From Amphiscolops sp. MND2022 (taxonomy: Eukaryota): 64,000 bases of DNA. Shown here one piece after another: positions 26,539 through 40,738 of the stretch; position 1 is the stretch's first letter, and each line of letters opens with the position of its first letter. The DNA lies in NCBI GenBank assembly GCA_964187785.1, contig OZ076409.1, forward strand, positions 74,340,001 to 74,404,000, written 5' to 3'. Under the pieces are notes generated by a model, which was given only the letters and a program-made list of their open reading frames with translations, was not told the origin of the DNA and did not search any database. The translations under genes and the position numbers were made by a program.

Positions 26539-27826
26539 TGCCGGGATTTCTATTCGTTCGAGTATGTGGCGCGTGTGGGTAGGGCCCCTGGCGCGCTCTT
26601 GGGTATGGTGTTCACCAGCTAGGAAATAGGGGTCGATTTTTCGGGATCTCCTAAACTAGCCACACGATTTGGCTGAAATTTGGCACACGTACCCCCCTCG
26701 GCACGGTGAAGATGATTTCCTACTGACGTTTTTCCCGCAAAATTTTTTTTGTTGTCCAAAATAACGGTTTTTGGGGTAAAATTTTGAATTTTTTTTAAAA
26801 TTTATCTTATATCTCGCCACCGGTTTACGCTAGCGCTTCAAAACCCTGCTAAAGAAAGCTTGCAAACTGTCTCAGGAATGCGGTGTGAAATTTTCAGCTC
26901 AATCGGACTTAAACTCGGGGAGATATAGCGTTTTTCCGGAGCGGGGGGGTTTCATTTTTCTAACGGTCCAGCTTATCTTTGCCATTTTTTCGAAAATGCA
27001 CTTGCCTAAAGGCCTCCCCTGGCCGGTTTTATTCCCAGCAAAACCATTTGGCCCTAAATACGGAGTTTCAGCGTTCCAGCATTCCCGGGCGAAAAGTTGT
27101 GGGACTTAGAAAAGTTCAAAAATTTTCAAAAAATTTTTTTTCCGTTTTCCGCCCTCCCCCCCTAGGGGAAAAGACCCCCCAACCAGTAATTTGAGTGAAT
27201 TCATGTGGAAAGGCCATGTTAAGAGGAGAAAAATGCCGTTTAGAACGTCTTTTTATCTTGGCTCAACGTTGACTTATGACGTTTTGAAGGTGATGTTTGG
27301 AAGGTGTGAAGCACGTGAAAAGTAAACGTTATGAGTATTTATCTGATCTGAAAGCCATTGAGATGCAACCTGTTTTGCTCAAAACGTAATTCATATCCGT
27401 TTGGTAGTCAATCAACACCCTTTGTTGTCATTTGACATCTTTTTTTGTTGATATAAGAAAAAATTTCGTGTATTTATTCATTTTTTTCTCATCAAATAAC
27501 TTGAAACAGTTGAGTACATTCCATCCCCCCTTCACGGGGGAGATGAGAATGTACTCGCAAAAAGCCCCGAACTACGGCCCTTACCTTCCTGAGCTACGCA
27601 GTATAAAGATTGCATATTGGTTCCGACATTTTGATAGAGTTATATCTTGGTAATCTGTCTGGGTATGCAGAAAAACCAGCACGTGCTTTTTTATAGCAAG
27701 TTGCTCACAACGACATTTATTTTATATCAACGCCCCCATATTTATCAACGCCCCCCGTCCGTGGGCATGCCGAGGCATGCCCTTCGACGACGTATACCAA
27801 GATATGTTCGAGCGCGTTAGCCTAGG
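26539..27826 (+). mobile_element. Short unit, subtype B (1288 bp)
   Basis: Junction-bounded; relative of 18099. Confidence 0.78.
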
Positions 27827-29818
27827 TGCGGGGGGGAAACCCCATCCCTTATCTTGGAGGATTCGGGTAGGGTCCTGAATCCGAGTTCAGTGCCGCCAGC
27901 TCTCAGTAGAAATCTGGGCATTTTTTTGCGATCTCGTGATCTAGCCATAGGATTTTAAAGTTGGAGCGGCCCCCACCAGATTTTCCAAAGTTATTCGCCC
28001 CCCACCGGGTTCCAGCGTGATTGAAATATTTTGACGGGGTACACGGGCGACCGTTAGGGGTCATTTTGGGGGTAAAATTTATATCCGGTCGCATAACTTT
28101 TTTCCTGTTGGTTTAAAACTTTGGGACCCTGCTAAAAGTTTCTTGACCGTGTTGCAGTGGCCCCGGAGGTCCAAACCAAATTTTTCTATCTTGAAGCTAT
28201 CTCCAAGTACCCCCCCGCCCAAACCGTTATTTTTCCGGAAATGCCGGTTTTTGACCCGGAAGGAGTCGTCTGAGCGCGGGATCGTTAGGTGATGTTTTGG
28301 GGACGGCCTCGAGACGAAGCGGGGGATATATAGTTTGCCGACCCCAGTTTTCCCCCCGCACGGGAAATGACCGTTATATGAGCGGGAAAAATGCCCCCCT
28401 CCACGTTTTACCGCTATTTCCGGTGTGAAGGAGTGGGAGTAGCGCGTCGGGTGTTATATAACAAAAGTAGGTTTAGACAAGGACCTATCGGAAACATGTA
28501 GTTTGGGACCCCCTGGACCAACCCGTTAGCGGGAAATGGGGCTTCCGCCTCCTTTTTTTACTGCTAAAACCGTAAAATGTGCATTGAGGGGTAAATATCT
28601 CGTGAACGCGTGGAGCAATCGTGTCCATCACTACTACAAGGTTTCATACCCATGATATGGTGCCTTCAGGGGGGCAAACAGATTTCCGCTATCTATCACC
28701 GTTACCGACTTGGCCCCCCAGCCTAACCGCTATGTGACCGGAAATGTCACTTTTTGAGCCCAAAGGGTCGGTCCCAGCCGGGGAACGTTAGGTAACTTAT
28801 TGTAGTACTCAATGAGACGAGTTGGGAGATATAGTTTCAGTCACCCCCCGTTACCCCTTGGGACCGGAAATGACCGTTATGTGGGTAAAATTGCAATTTT
28901 TATACTTTTTCAAGTGTATTTAGGTGCGGAAGGCGTGGTAATAGGTGCTTGGACACTATATGAGGTAAGGGAGGACGTGAGGCGAGCATTCGGAAATAAC
29001 CGTTATGTTGACCCTAAAGTCCCCCTGGTACCGGAAGTGACCCGTAATGGTCAAATTTCGTGTTTTTAGGGTACAAATGTTTGGTTTTTATGGATTAAAG
29101 TACATGGAAGGTGTTTCAAAGGCCTCCAGAAGTGAACATCGTCATGAAACCTTGTGGGGGGTAACGGTATATAGCACCGGAAGTCCAAACCGTTAGTCAC
29201 AGAATAGATTTTTTGGTTTCAAAATGTCTTTAGGCGTAGTTTTGTGGGTTGAATCGTCATAATATCAACTATTACGGTTATTTTTCGGAAATAAAATTTT
29301 TTCACATTAGTTTCAGGGACCTCCAATGCTTCAGTCAACATAACCGTTACTTTTTGATAGCCTTTCAAGTTGGCCTGGTGTCAACTTGGAAGGGCTATCC
29401 TTCTAAAATCGTTAATCAAGAGTGTTTTTGGGTAGGTATATGTTTCATTAGTACCAATTAGAGCTTCATCAACAGTTTGCCAACGGCAAAAACGATGTCG
29501 TGATAATTCCGTTATAAGAATATTAATTAACAAATTGTTTACAAAGTTGATTTTTTCCATTTAAAATCTGTCCTAATGCCACCAAATTGAATAAAATAAT
29601 AAATGGTATTGACTAAAACTAAATAACATTGAAAAAGAAGATCAACATTTTTATTAGGTCTCATTATGGAAGCTGAAACCTCACGTTTTAACTTGATTAA
29701 CGTCAACGCCACATACTTTACATCAACGCCCACCGTCTGTGGGCATGCCGAGGCATGCCCTTCGACGACGTATACCAAACAACCTCCATATCTACACCCG
29801 ATTGCGGTAGCGGCTAGG
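27827..29818 (+). mobile_element. Long unit (1992 bp)
   Basis: Junction-bounded; tail shared with the unit at 24544. Confidence 0.8.
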
Positions 29819-31789
29819 TGCGGGGGGGTAACCCCAACAAATATATTGGAGGATTCGGGTAGGGTCCTGAATCCGATTTTAACTCTAATAGCTATCGATA
29901 GGAAATCTTGCAAAAATTTCGGGATCTCGTGATCTAACCATAGGATTTTAAAGTTGGAGCGGCCCCCACCAGATTTTCCAAAATTGATCGCCCCCCACCG
30001 GGTTCCATACACCGGAAAATTTTTTTCTGGCCACACGGGCGACCGTTAGGGGGTCATTTTAGGGGTAAAATTCATATTGGGCCACATAACTTTTTTTCTG
30101 TTGATTTAAAACTTTGGAACCCTGCTAAAAGTTTCTTGACCGTGTTGCAGGGGCCCCGAAGGTCAAAACCAAATTTTTCTATCTTGAAGCTATCTCCAAG
30201 TACCCCCCCGCTCAAACCGTTATTTTTCCGGAAACGCAGGTTTTTGACCCGGAAGGAGTCGTCTGAGCGCGGGGTCGTTAGGTGATGTATTGGGGACGGC
30301 CTTGAGACGAAGTGGGGGACAAGTAGTTTGCCAACCTCAATTTACCCCCCGGACGGGAAATGACAGTTATATGAGCGTGAAAAATGCCCCCCTCCACGTT
30401 TTACCGCTATTTCCGGTGTGAAGGAGTGGGAGTAGCGCGTCGGGTGTTATATAACAAAAGTAGGTTTAGACAAGGACCTATCGGAAACATGTAGTTTGGG
30501 ACCCCCTGGACCAACCCGTTAGCGGGAAATGGGGCTTCCGCCTCCTTTTTTTAGTGCTAAAACCGTAAAATGGGCATTGAGGGGTAAATATCTCGTGAAC
30601 GCGTGGAGCAATCGTGTCCATCACTACTACAAGGTTTCATACCCATGATATGGTGCCTTCAGGGGGGCAAACAGATTTCCGCTATCTATCACCGTTACCG
30701 ACTTGGCCCCCCAGCCTAACCGCTATGTGACCGGAAATGTCACTTTTTGAGCCCAAAGGGTCGGTCCCAGCCGGGGAACGTTAGGTAACTTATTGTAGTA
30801 CTCAATGAGACGAGTTGGGGGATATAGTTTCAGTCACCCCCCGTTACCCCTTGGGACCGGAAATGACCGTTATGTGGGTAAAATTGCAATTTTTATACTT
30901 TTTCAAGTGTATTTAGGTGCGGAAGGAGTGGTAATAGGTGCTTGGACACTATATGAGGTAAGGGAGGACGTGAGGCGAGCATTCGGAAATAACCGTTATG
31001 TTGACCCTAAAGTCCCCCTGGTACCGTAAACGACTGGAAATGGTCAAATTTTGTGTCTATTGGGTACAAATGTTTTGTATTTTGTAGATAAAAGTATCTA
31101 TTAGGTGTTTCGACGGTCTACAGTAGTGAACATAGTCATGAAACCTTGTGGGGGGTAACGGTATATAGCACCGGAAGTCAAACCGTTGGAGACAGGATAG
31201 GTTTTTTGGTTTTAAATTGTCTTTCGGCGTAATTTTTTCGACTCTTGTGGAGTATTTTTAAAAATTAAAGTTTTTCCATATAGTTTCAGAGACTCCGAAA
31301 CCTCAACCAACATAACCGTTACCTTATGATAGCCTTTCAAGTTGGCCTGGTGTCAACTTGGAAGCGCTATCCTTCTGAAATCGTTAATCAAGAGTGTTTT
31401 TGGGTAGGTATATATTGCATTAGTACCAATTAGAGCTTCATCAACAGTGTATCAACGACAAAAACTATGCCGTCATGATTCCGTTATTAGAATCATAGTG
31501 AGCAAATTGTTGAAAAAAATGGTTTTTTCCATACAAAATGTGTCCTAAATGCCAGGAAACCTATTTACCTAACAAATGGTATTAATTGGAATGTTTGTAA
31601 CAGATTTATAAAAGTTCAAATTGAATATTACATTTCATTATGGAAGCTGAAACGTCATATTTTAGTTTAATTACCGTCAACGCCACACACTTTACATCAA
31701 CGCACACCGTCTGTGGGCATGCCGAGGCATGCCCTTCGACGACGTATGACAAATCCTTATCAAACGACGCCCGTACATCCCGGGCTAGG
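29819..31789 (+). mobile_element. Long unit (1971 bp)
   Basis: Near-identical copy at 40739-42709. Confidence 0.8.
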
Positions 31790-33069
31790 TGCCGGGATTT
31801 CTATTCGATAAAGTAAGTTGCGCGGTTGGGTAGGGCCCCGTGAGCGCGCCCGTGTCTGTGTTTTTTGAACCTGAATTTGCGGGTGCCAAAATAGACGATC
31901 TCCTAAACTATCCATACGATTTTGCTCAAATTTGGCATACGGGTTCCTGAGACAGATATAAGAACTAATTCCTACTGGCGTTTTGCCCGGAAAATTTTTT
32001 TTGTTGCGCAAACTTGAAATTTTTGACAAAAAAATGCGATTTTTTTTGAAAAATTTTTTTTGAGAGGCCATATCTTTTTTCAGGGAGCCCGGAGCGGGAC
32101 GCGTTAAACTGATTATAAACTCTACGGTTCACGGGCTGTACGGGGAACCTATTTTTGTTGGAATCCGACTTGTAGATTTTGAGATATATTATCAAATTTG
32201 GGTGTTTTTTCTCCAATTTTTCGAAAAACCTGGTTTATCTCTGCCGTTTTTTGCCCAGATTTTTTTCTAGACCCTCTCCTAAAGGCCTCCCCTGGCCGGA
32301 TTACGTCCCAGCAAAACCATTTGGCCCTAAATACGAAGTTTCAGCGTTCTAGCATTCTCGGGCGAAAAGTTGTGGGACTTAGAAAATTTTTTTTTAAAAC
32401 GCAAAATGTGTAAAGTCAACTTCAGGCCTCCCAAAGTCAAGGAACTTCCACACAACTAGGATTGCAAGTGGATGCATGTGGAAAGTGCTTGAATAGACGA
32501 GGAAAATGAGCTATTATAAAACTCTGTAGCTTAACCTGACGTTGACTTATGACAATTTTAGTGTGAGCTTGCTATGTGGGAAAAAATTTCAAAAATTGAA
32601 AATCGAAGCTAAGTCTCATCCAAAACTCATCGGAATACGTTCAATCCATTCCAAAGCGGTTTACTTCCAGCTTTAGACTGCAGCAACACTATTCAAGACC
32701 ATTGTACCCCTTTATATTAGTTTTGACATTGTATTATTCATCCGAGAGCACAAAGCAGTTGAGTACATTCCATCTCCCTTTCGGGGGAGATGAGAATGTA
32801 CTCGCTAAAGAACACGTACTACAGCCAATTTTTGTATTTATGCGAAGCCATTCTATGCTATTGCACATAACAACTATGCTATTGACTTAATTTTGCCTAC
32901 ACTTTGCTATGACATATGCTAAACGTTTGGTCCTTACAACAACATACACATGACTAACGTCAACACCACATACTGTTACCAACGCCCACCGTCCGTGGGC
33001 ATGCCGAGGCATGCCCTTCGACGACGTATGCCAAATACCTTCCAGCGACGCTCGCGCTTCCCGGCTAGG
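31790..33069 (+). mobile_element. Short unit, subtype A (1280 bp)
   Basis: Near-identical to 178-1457. Confidence 0.8.
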
Positions 33070-34180
33070 TGCCGGTATTTCTATTCGATAAAGTATGTGG
33101 CGCGTGTGGGTAGGGTCCCTGGCGCGCTCTTGGGTATGGTGTTCACCAGCTAGGAAATAGGGGTCGATTTTTCGGGATCTCCTAAACTAGCCACACGATT
33201 TGGCTGAAATTTGGCACACGTACTCCCCTCGGCATGGTGAAGATGATTTCCTACTGACGTTTTTCCCGCAAAATTTTTTTTGTTGTCCAAAATAACGGTT
33301 TTTGGGGTAAAATTTTGAATTTTTTTTAAATTTCATCTTATATCTCGCCACGGGTTTACGCTAGCGCTTCAAAACCCTGCTAAAGAAAGCTTGCAAACTG
33401 TCTCAGGAAGGCGGTGTGAAATTTTCAGCTCAATCGGACTTAAACTCAGGGAGATATAGCGTTTTTCCGGAGCGGGGGGGTTTCATTTTTCTAACGGTCC
33501 AGCTTATCTTAGCCATTTTTTTGAAAATTTACTCGCCTAAAGACCTCCCCTGGCCGGTTTTATTCCCAGCAAAACCATTTGGCCCTAAATACGGAGTTTC
33601 AGCGTTCCAGCATTCCCGGGCGAAAAGTTGTGGGACTTAGAAAATTTCAAAAATTTTCAAAAATTTTTTTTTCGGTTTTCCGCCCTCCCCCCCGAGGGGA
33701 AAAGACCCCCCAACCAGTAATTTGAGTGAATTCATGTGGAAAGGCCATGTTTAGAGGAGAAAAATCCCGTTTAAATCGTCTTTTTATCTTTATTCAACGT
33801 TGACTTATGACGTTTTGAAGGTGATGTTTGGAGGTGTAAAGCACGTGAAAAGTAAACGTTATGAGTATTTATCTGATCTGAAAGCCATTGAGATGCAACC
33901 TGTTTTGCTCAAAACGTAATTCATATCAGTTTGGCAATCAATCAACACCCTTTGTTGTCGTTTGACATCTTTTTTTGTTGTTATAATAAAAAATTTTGTG
34001 TATTTATTCATTTTTTTCTCATCAAATAACTTGAAACAGTTGAGTACATTCCATCCCCCCCTTCCGGGGGAGATGAGAATGTACTCGCAAAAAGCACCGA
34101 ACTACGGCCCTTACCTTCCCGAGCTACGCAGTATAAAGATTGCATATTGGTTCCGACATTTTCATAGAGTTAAATCTTGG
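33070..34180 (+). mobile_element. Left part (1111 bp) of an interrupted subtype B unit
   Basis: Stops at aatcttgg, where intact relatives continue taatctgt; the remainder is at 36718-36893. Confidence 0.85.
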
Positions 34181-35448
34181 TGCCGGGATTACTATTCGTT
34201 CGAGTATGTGGCGCGTGTGGGTAGGGCCCCTGGCGCGCTCTTTTATTTCGGGTACACCTACTCCAAATTCACGATGTGATTTCGACGATCTCGTAAACTA
34301 GCCACACGATTTGGCTGAAATTTGGCACACGTACCCCCCTCGGCACGGTGAAGATGATTCCCTACTGATGTTTTGCCCGCTAAACATTTTTTGTTGACCA
34401 AAATAACGGTTTTTGGGGGAAAATTTTGAACTTTTTTTAAATTTCGTCTTATATCTCGCCACGGGTTTACGCTAGCGCTTCAAAACCTTGCTAACGAAAG
34501 TTTGCAAACTGTCTCAGGAATGCGGTGTGAAAATTTCAGCCCAATCGGACTTAAACTCGAGGAGATATAGCGTTTTTCCGGAGTGGGGGGGTTTCATTTT
34601 TCTAACGGTCCAGCTTATCTTTGCCATTTTTTCGAAAATGCACTCGCCTAAAGGCCTCCCCTGGCCGGTTTTATTCCCAGCAAAACCATTTGGCCCTAAA
34701 TACGGAGTTTCAGCGTTCCAGCATTCCCGGGCGAAAAGTTGTGGGACTTAGAAAATTTCAAAATTTTTCAAAAAAATTTTTTCCGTTATTTGGGCCCCCA
34801 AAGTGGGGCAAAAGACCCCCCAACCAGTAAAGCAAGTGAATGCATGTGGAAAGCCCTTGTTTAGACGAGAAAATGGCGTTTAGAACGTTTTTTTATCGTA
34901 ACTTGACATTGACATTTGTCGTTTTGAAGGTGACCGTTAGATACGGAAAATTGATGTTTTGAGTGTTTATCCCATCTGAAAGCCATTGAGATACAACATG
35001 TTTTGCTCAAAACGTGTTTCATTGCAGTTTCGCTGTCCATTAACACCCTTTGGTGTCTTTTGACGTAATTTTTTTTTCTATAATAACAATTTCTTTGTGT
35101 ATTTATTCATTTTTTTCTCATCAAATAACTTGAAACAGTTGAGTACATTCCATCTCCCTTCCCGGGGGAGATGAGAATGTACTCGCTAAAGGTCAGGAAC
35201 TACGGTCTATATCTTCCACAACACAAAAGAGATTGCAAATTGTTTCAGTTTGTCGCAGAAAACTTCTTTTTGCACTCTGTGACTCGACAAAGTGAACGTT
35301 TCTTACTTACTTTGAATCTCACCATACCACAACTCATCTCTAACGTCAACGCCCCCCACACACATCAACGCCCCCCGTCCGTGGGCATGCCGAGGCATGC
35401 CCTTCGACGACGTATAGCAAAATATATTCGAACGCGGTAGCGGCTAGG
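34181..35448 (+). mobile_element. Nested short unit, copy 1 (1268 bp)
   Basis: Starts directly after CTTGG instead of CTAGG. Confidence 0.85.
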
Positions 35449-36717
35449 TGCCGGGATTACTATTCGTTCGAGTATGTGGCGCGTGTGGGTAGGGCCCCTG
35501 GCGCGCTCTTTTATTTCGGGTACACCTACTCCAAATTCACGATGTGATTTCGACGATCTCGTAAACTAGCCACACGATTTGGCTGAAATTTGGCACACGT
35601 ACCCCCCTCGGCACGGTGAAGATGATTCCCTACTGACGTTTTGCCCGCTAAACATTTTTTGTTGACCAAAATAACGGTTTTTGGGGGAAAATTTTGAACT
35701 TTTTTTAAATTTCGTCTTATATCTCGCCACGGGTTTACGCTAGCGCTTCAAAACCTTGCTAACGAAAGTTTGCAAACTGTCTCAGGAATGCGGTGTGAAA
35801 ATTTCAGCCCAATCGGACTTAAACTCGAGGAGATATAGCGTTTTTCCGGAGCGGGGGGGTTTCATTTTTCTAACGGTCCAGCTTATCTTTGCCATTTTTT
35901 CGAAAATGCACTCGCCTAAAGGCCTCCCCTGGCCGGTTTTATTCCCAGCAAAACCATTTGGCCCTAAATACGGAGTTTCAGCGTTCCAGCATTCCCGGGC
36001 GAAAAGTTGTGGGACTTAGAAAATTTCAAAAATTTTCAAAAAAATTTTTTCCGTTATTTGGGCCCCCAAAGTGGGGCAAAAGACCCCCCAACCAGTAAAG
36101 CAAGTGAATGCATGTGGAAAGCCCTTGTTTAGACGAGAAAAATGGCGTTTAGAACGTTTTTTTATCGTAACTTGACATTGACTTTTGTCGTTTTGAAGGT
36201 GACCGTTAGATACGGAAAATTGATGTTTTGAGTGTTTATCCCATCTGAAAGCCATTGAGATACAACATGTTTTGCTCAAAACGTGTTTCGTTGCAGTTTC
36301 GCTGTCCATTAACACCCTTTGGTGTCTTTTGACGTAATTTTTTTTTCTATAATAACAATTTCTTTGTGTATTTATTCATTTTTTTCTCATCAAATAACTT
36401 GAAACAGTTGAGTACATTCCATCTCCCTTCCCGGGGGAGATGAGAATGTACTCGCTAAAGGTCAGGAACTACGGTCTATATCTTCCACAACACAAAAGAG
36501 ATTGCAAATTGTTTCAATTTGTCGCAGAAAACTTCTTTTTGCACTCTGTGACTCGACAAAGTGAACGTTTCTTACTTACTTTGAATCTCACCATACCACA
36601 ACTCATCTCTAACGTCAACGCCCCCCACACACATCAACGCCCCCCGTCCGTGGGCATGCCGAGGCATGCCCTTCGACGACGTATAGCAAAATATATTCGA
36701 ATGCGGTAGCGGCTAGG
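35449..36717 (+). mobile_element. Nested short unit, copy 2 (1269 bp)
   Basis: Near-identical to 34181-35448; ends CTAGG followed by taatctgt of the host unit. Confidence 0.85.
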
Positions 36718-36893
36718 TAATCTGTTTGGGTATGCAGAAAAACCAGCACGTGCTTTTTTATACCAAGTTGCTTACAACGACAATTATTTTATATCAACGC
36801 CCCCATATTTATCAACGCCCCCCGTCCGTGGGCATGCCGAGGCATGCCCTTCGACGACGTATACCAAGATATGCGTTAACGCGTTAGCCTAGG
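36718..36893 (+). mobile_element. Right part (176 bp) of the interrupted unit starting at 33070
   Basis: 1111+176=1287 bp, matching intact relatives (1288-1289 bp). Confidence 0.85.
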
Positions 36894-38165
36894 TGCCGGT
36901 GTTTTTTACACAATGGGGGAAGTTGCGCGGTTGGGGAGGGTCCCTGACGCGCTTCCGTGGTATCGGGTCTTTCAACCGATGAAAACGACATAAAAAATTG
37001 GGATCTCGTAAACTAGCCATACGATTTGGCTGAAATTTGGCACACGTACCCCCCTCGGCACGGTGAAGATGATTCCCTACTGACGTTTTACTCGCTAAAC
37101 ATTTTTTGTTGACCAAAATAACGGTTTTTGGGGTAAAATTTTCAACTTTTTTTAAATTTCATCTTATATCTCGCCACGGGTACACGCTAGCGCTTCCAAA
37201 CCTTGCTGACGAAACTTTGCAAACTGTCTCAGGAATGCTGTGTGAAATTTTCAGCTCAATTGGACTTAAACTCGGGGAGATATAGCGTTTTTCCGGAGCG
37301 GGGGGGTTTCATTTTTCTAACGGTCCAGCTTATCTTTGCCATTTTTTCGAAAATGCACTCGCCTAAAGGCCTCCCCTGGCCGGTTTTATTCCCAGCAAAA
37401 CCATTTGGCCCTAAATACGGAGTTTCAGCGTTCTAGCATTCCCGGGCGAAAAGTTGTGGGACTTAGAAAATTTCAAAAATTTTCAAAAAATTTTTTTTCC
37501 GTTATTTGGGCCCCCAAAGTGGGGGAAAGCACCCCCCAACCAGTAAAGCAAGTGAATGCATGTGGAAAGCCCTTGTTTAGACAAAAAAATGGCGTTTAGA
37601 ATGTCTTTTTATCTTAACTTGACATTGACTTTTGTCGTTTTGAAGGTGACCGTTAGATACAGAAAATTGATATTTTGAGTATTTATCCCATCTGAAAGCC
37701 ATTGAGATACAACATGTTTTGCTCAAAACGTGTTTCGTTGCAGTTCCGCTGTCCATTGACACCCTTTGATGTCTTTTGACGTAATTTTCTTTTCTATAAT
37801 AACAATTTTTTTGTGTATTTATTCATTTTTTTCTCATCAAATAACTTGAAACAGTTGAGTACATTCCATCTCCCTTCCCGGGGGAGATGAGAATGTACTC
37901 GCTAAAGGTCAGGAACTACGGTCTATATCTTCCACAACACAAAAGCAATTGAAAATTGTTTCAGTTTGTCGCAGAAAACTTTTTTTTTTCACTCAGTGAC
38001 TCGGCAAAGTGAACGATTTTGACCCATATTGAATCTTACTTTACCACAACTCATCTCTAACGTCAACGCCCCCCACACACATCAACGCCCCCCGTCCGTG
38101 GGCATGCCGAGGCATGCCCTTCGACGACGTATAGCAAAATATATTCGAACGCGGTAGCCGCTAGG
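36894..38165 (+). mobile_element. Short unit, subtype B (1272 bp)
   Basis: Junction-bounded. Confidence 0.78.
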
Positions 38166-39458
38166 TGCCGGTGTTTTTTTACACAATGGGGGAAGTTGCG
38201 CGGTTGGGGAGGGTCCCTGACGCGCTCCCGGGATTTCGGATTTTTTAACCTTTACGTACCCATCAAAAATTTTGGGATCTCGAAAACTAGCCGTACGATT
38301 TGGCTGAAATTTGGCACACGTACCCCCCTCGGCACGGTGAAGATGATTCCCTACTGACGTTTTGCTCGCTAAACATTTTTTGTTGACCAAAATAACGGTT
38401 TTTGGGGTAAAATTTTCAACTTTTTTTAAATTTTATCTTATATCTCGCCACGGGTTTACGCTAGCGCTTCCAAACCTTGCTGACGAAACCTTGCAAACTG
38501 TCTCAGGAATGCGGTGTGAAATTTGCAGCTCAATCGGACTCAAACTCGGGGAGATATAGCGTTTTTCCGGAGCGGGGGGGTTTCATTTTTCTAACGGTCC
38601 AGCTTATCTTTGCCATTTTTTCGAAAATGCACTCGCCTAAAGGCCTCCCCTGGCCGGTTTTATTCCCAGCAAAACCATTTGGCCCTAAATACGGAGTTTC
38701 AGCGTTCCAGCATTTCCGGGCGAAAAGTTGTGGGACTTAGAAAATTTCAAAAATTTTCAAAAAATTTTTTTTTCGTTATTTGGGCCCCCAAAGTGGGGGA
38801 AAAGACCCCCCAACCAGTAAAGCAAGTGAATGCATGTGCAAAGCCCTTGTTTGGACGAGAAAAATGCCGTTTAGAACGTCTTTTTATCTTGGCTCAACGT
38901 TGACTTATGACGTTTTGAAGGTGATGTTTGGAGGTGTAAAGCAAGTGACTAGTAAACGTTATGAGTATTTATCTGATCTGAAAGCCATTGAGATGCAATA
39001 TGGTTTGCTCAAAACGTAATTCATTGCAGTTTGGCAATCAATCAACACCCTTTGTTGTCGTTTGACATACTTTTTTGTTGTTATAATAAAAAATTTTGTG
39101 TATTTATTCATTTTTTTCTCATCAAATAACTTGGAACAGTTGAGTACATTCCATCTCCCCCTTCCGGGGGAGATGATAATGTACTCGCAAAAAGCACCGA
39201 ACTACGGCCCTTACCTTCCCGAGCTACGCAGTATAAGGATTACATATTGGTTCCGACATTTTCATAGAGTTATATCTTGGTAATCTGTCTGGATATGCCG
39301 AAAAATCAGCACGTGCCTTTTAATACCAAGTTGCTCACAACGACAATTATTTTATATCAACGCCCCCATATTTATCAACGCCCCCCGTCCGTGGGCATGC
39401 CGAGGCATGCCCTTCGACGACCCGCACCAAAATATGCGTTAGCGCGGTAGCTGCTAGG
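38166..39458 (+). mobile_element. Short unit, subtype B (1293 bp)
   Basis: Junction-bounded; right half shared with 5297. Confidence 0.78.
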
Positions 39459-40738
39459 TGCCGGGATTTCTATTCGATAAAGTAAGTTGCGCGGTTGGGT
39501 AGGGCCCCGTGAGCGCGCCCGTGTCTGTGTTTTTTGAACCTGAATTTGCGGGTGCCAAAATAGACGATCTCCTAAACTATCCATACGATTTGGCTCAAAT
39601 TTGGCATACGGGTTCCTGAGACAGATATAAGAACTAATTCCTACTGGCGTTTTGCCCGGAAAATTTTTTTTGTTGCGCAAACTTGAAATTTTTGACAAAA
39701 AAATGCGATTTTTTTTGAAAAATTTTTTTTGAGAGGCCATATCTTTTTTCAGGGTGCCCGGAGCGGGACGCGTTAAACTGATTATAAACTCTACGGTTCA
39801 TGGGCTGTACGGGGAACCTATTTTTGTTGGAATCCGACTTGTAGATTTTGAGATATATTATCAAATTTGGGTGTTTTTTTTCCAATTTTTCGAAAAACCT
39901 GGTTTATCTCTGCCGTTTTTTGCACAGATTTTTTTCTAGACCCTCTCCTAAAGGCCTCCCCTGGCCGGATTACGTCCCAGCAAAACCATTTGGCCCTAAA
40001 TACGAAGTTTCAGCGTTCTAGCATTCTCGGGCGAAAAGTTGTGGGACTTAGAAATTTTTTTTTTAAAACGCAAAATGTGTAAAGTCAACTTCAGGCCTCC
40101 CAAAGTCAAGGAACTTCCACACAACTAGTATTGCAAGTGGATGCATGTGGAAAGTGCTTGAATAGACGAGGAAAATGAGCTATTATAAAACTCTGTAGCT
40201 TAACCTGACGTTGACTTATGACAATTTTAGTGTGAGCTTGCTATGTGAGAAAAAATTTCAAAAATTGAAAATCGAAGCTAAGTCTCATCCAAAACTCATC
40301 GGAATACGTTCAATCCATTCCAAAGCGGTTTACTTCCAGCTATAGACTGCAGCAACACTATTCAAGACCATTGTACCCCTTTATATTAGTTTTGACATTG
40401 TATTATTCATCCGAGAGCACAAAGCAGTTGAGTACATTCCATCTCCCTTTCGGGGGAGATGAGAATGTACTCGCTAAAGAACAGGTACTACAGCCAATTT
40501 TTGTATTTATGCGAAGCCATTCTATGCTATTGCACATAACAACTATGCTATTGACTTAATTTTGCCTACACTTTGCTATGACATATGCTAAACGTTTGGT
40601 CCTTACAACAACATACACATGACTAACGTCAACACCACATACTGTTACCAACGCCCACCGTCCGTGGGCATGCCGAGGCATGCCCTTCGACGACGTATGC
40701 CAAATACCTTCCAGCGACGCTCGCGCTCCCCGGCTAGG
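39459..40738 (+). mobile_element. Short unit, subtype A (1280 bp)
   Basis: Near-identical to 178-1457. Confidence 0.8.
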
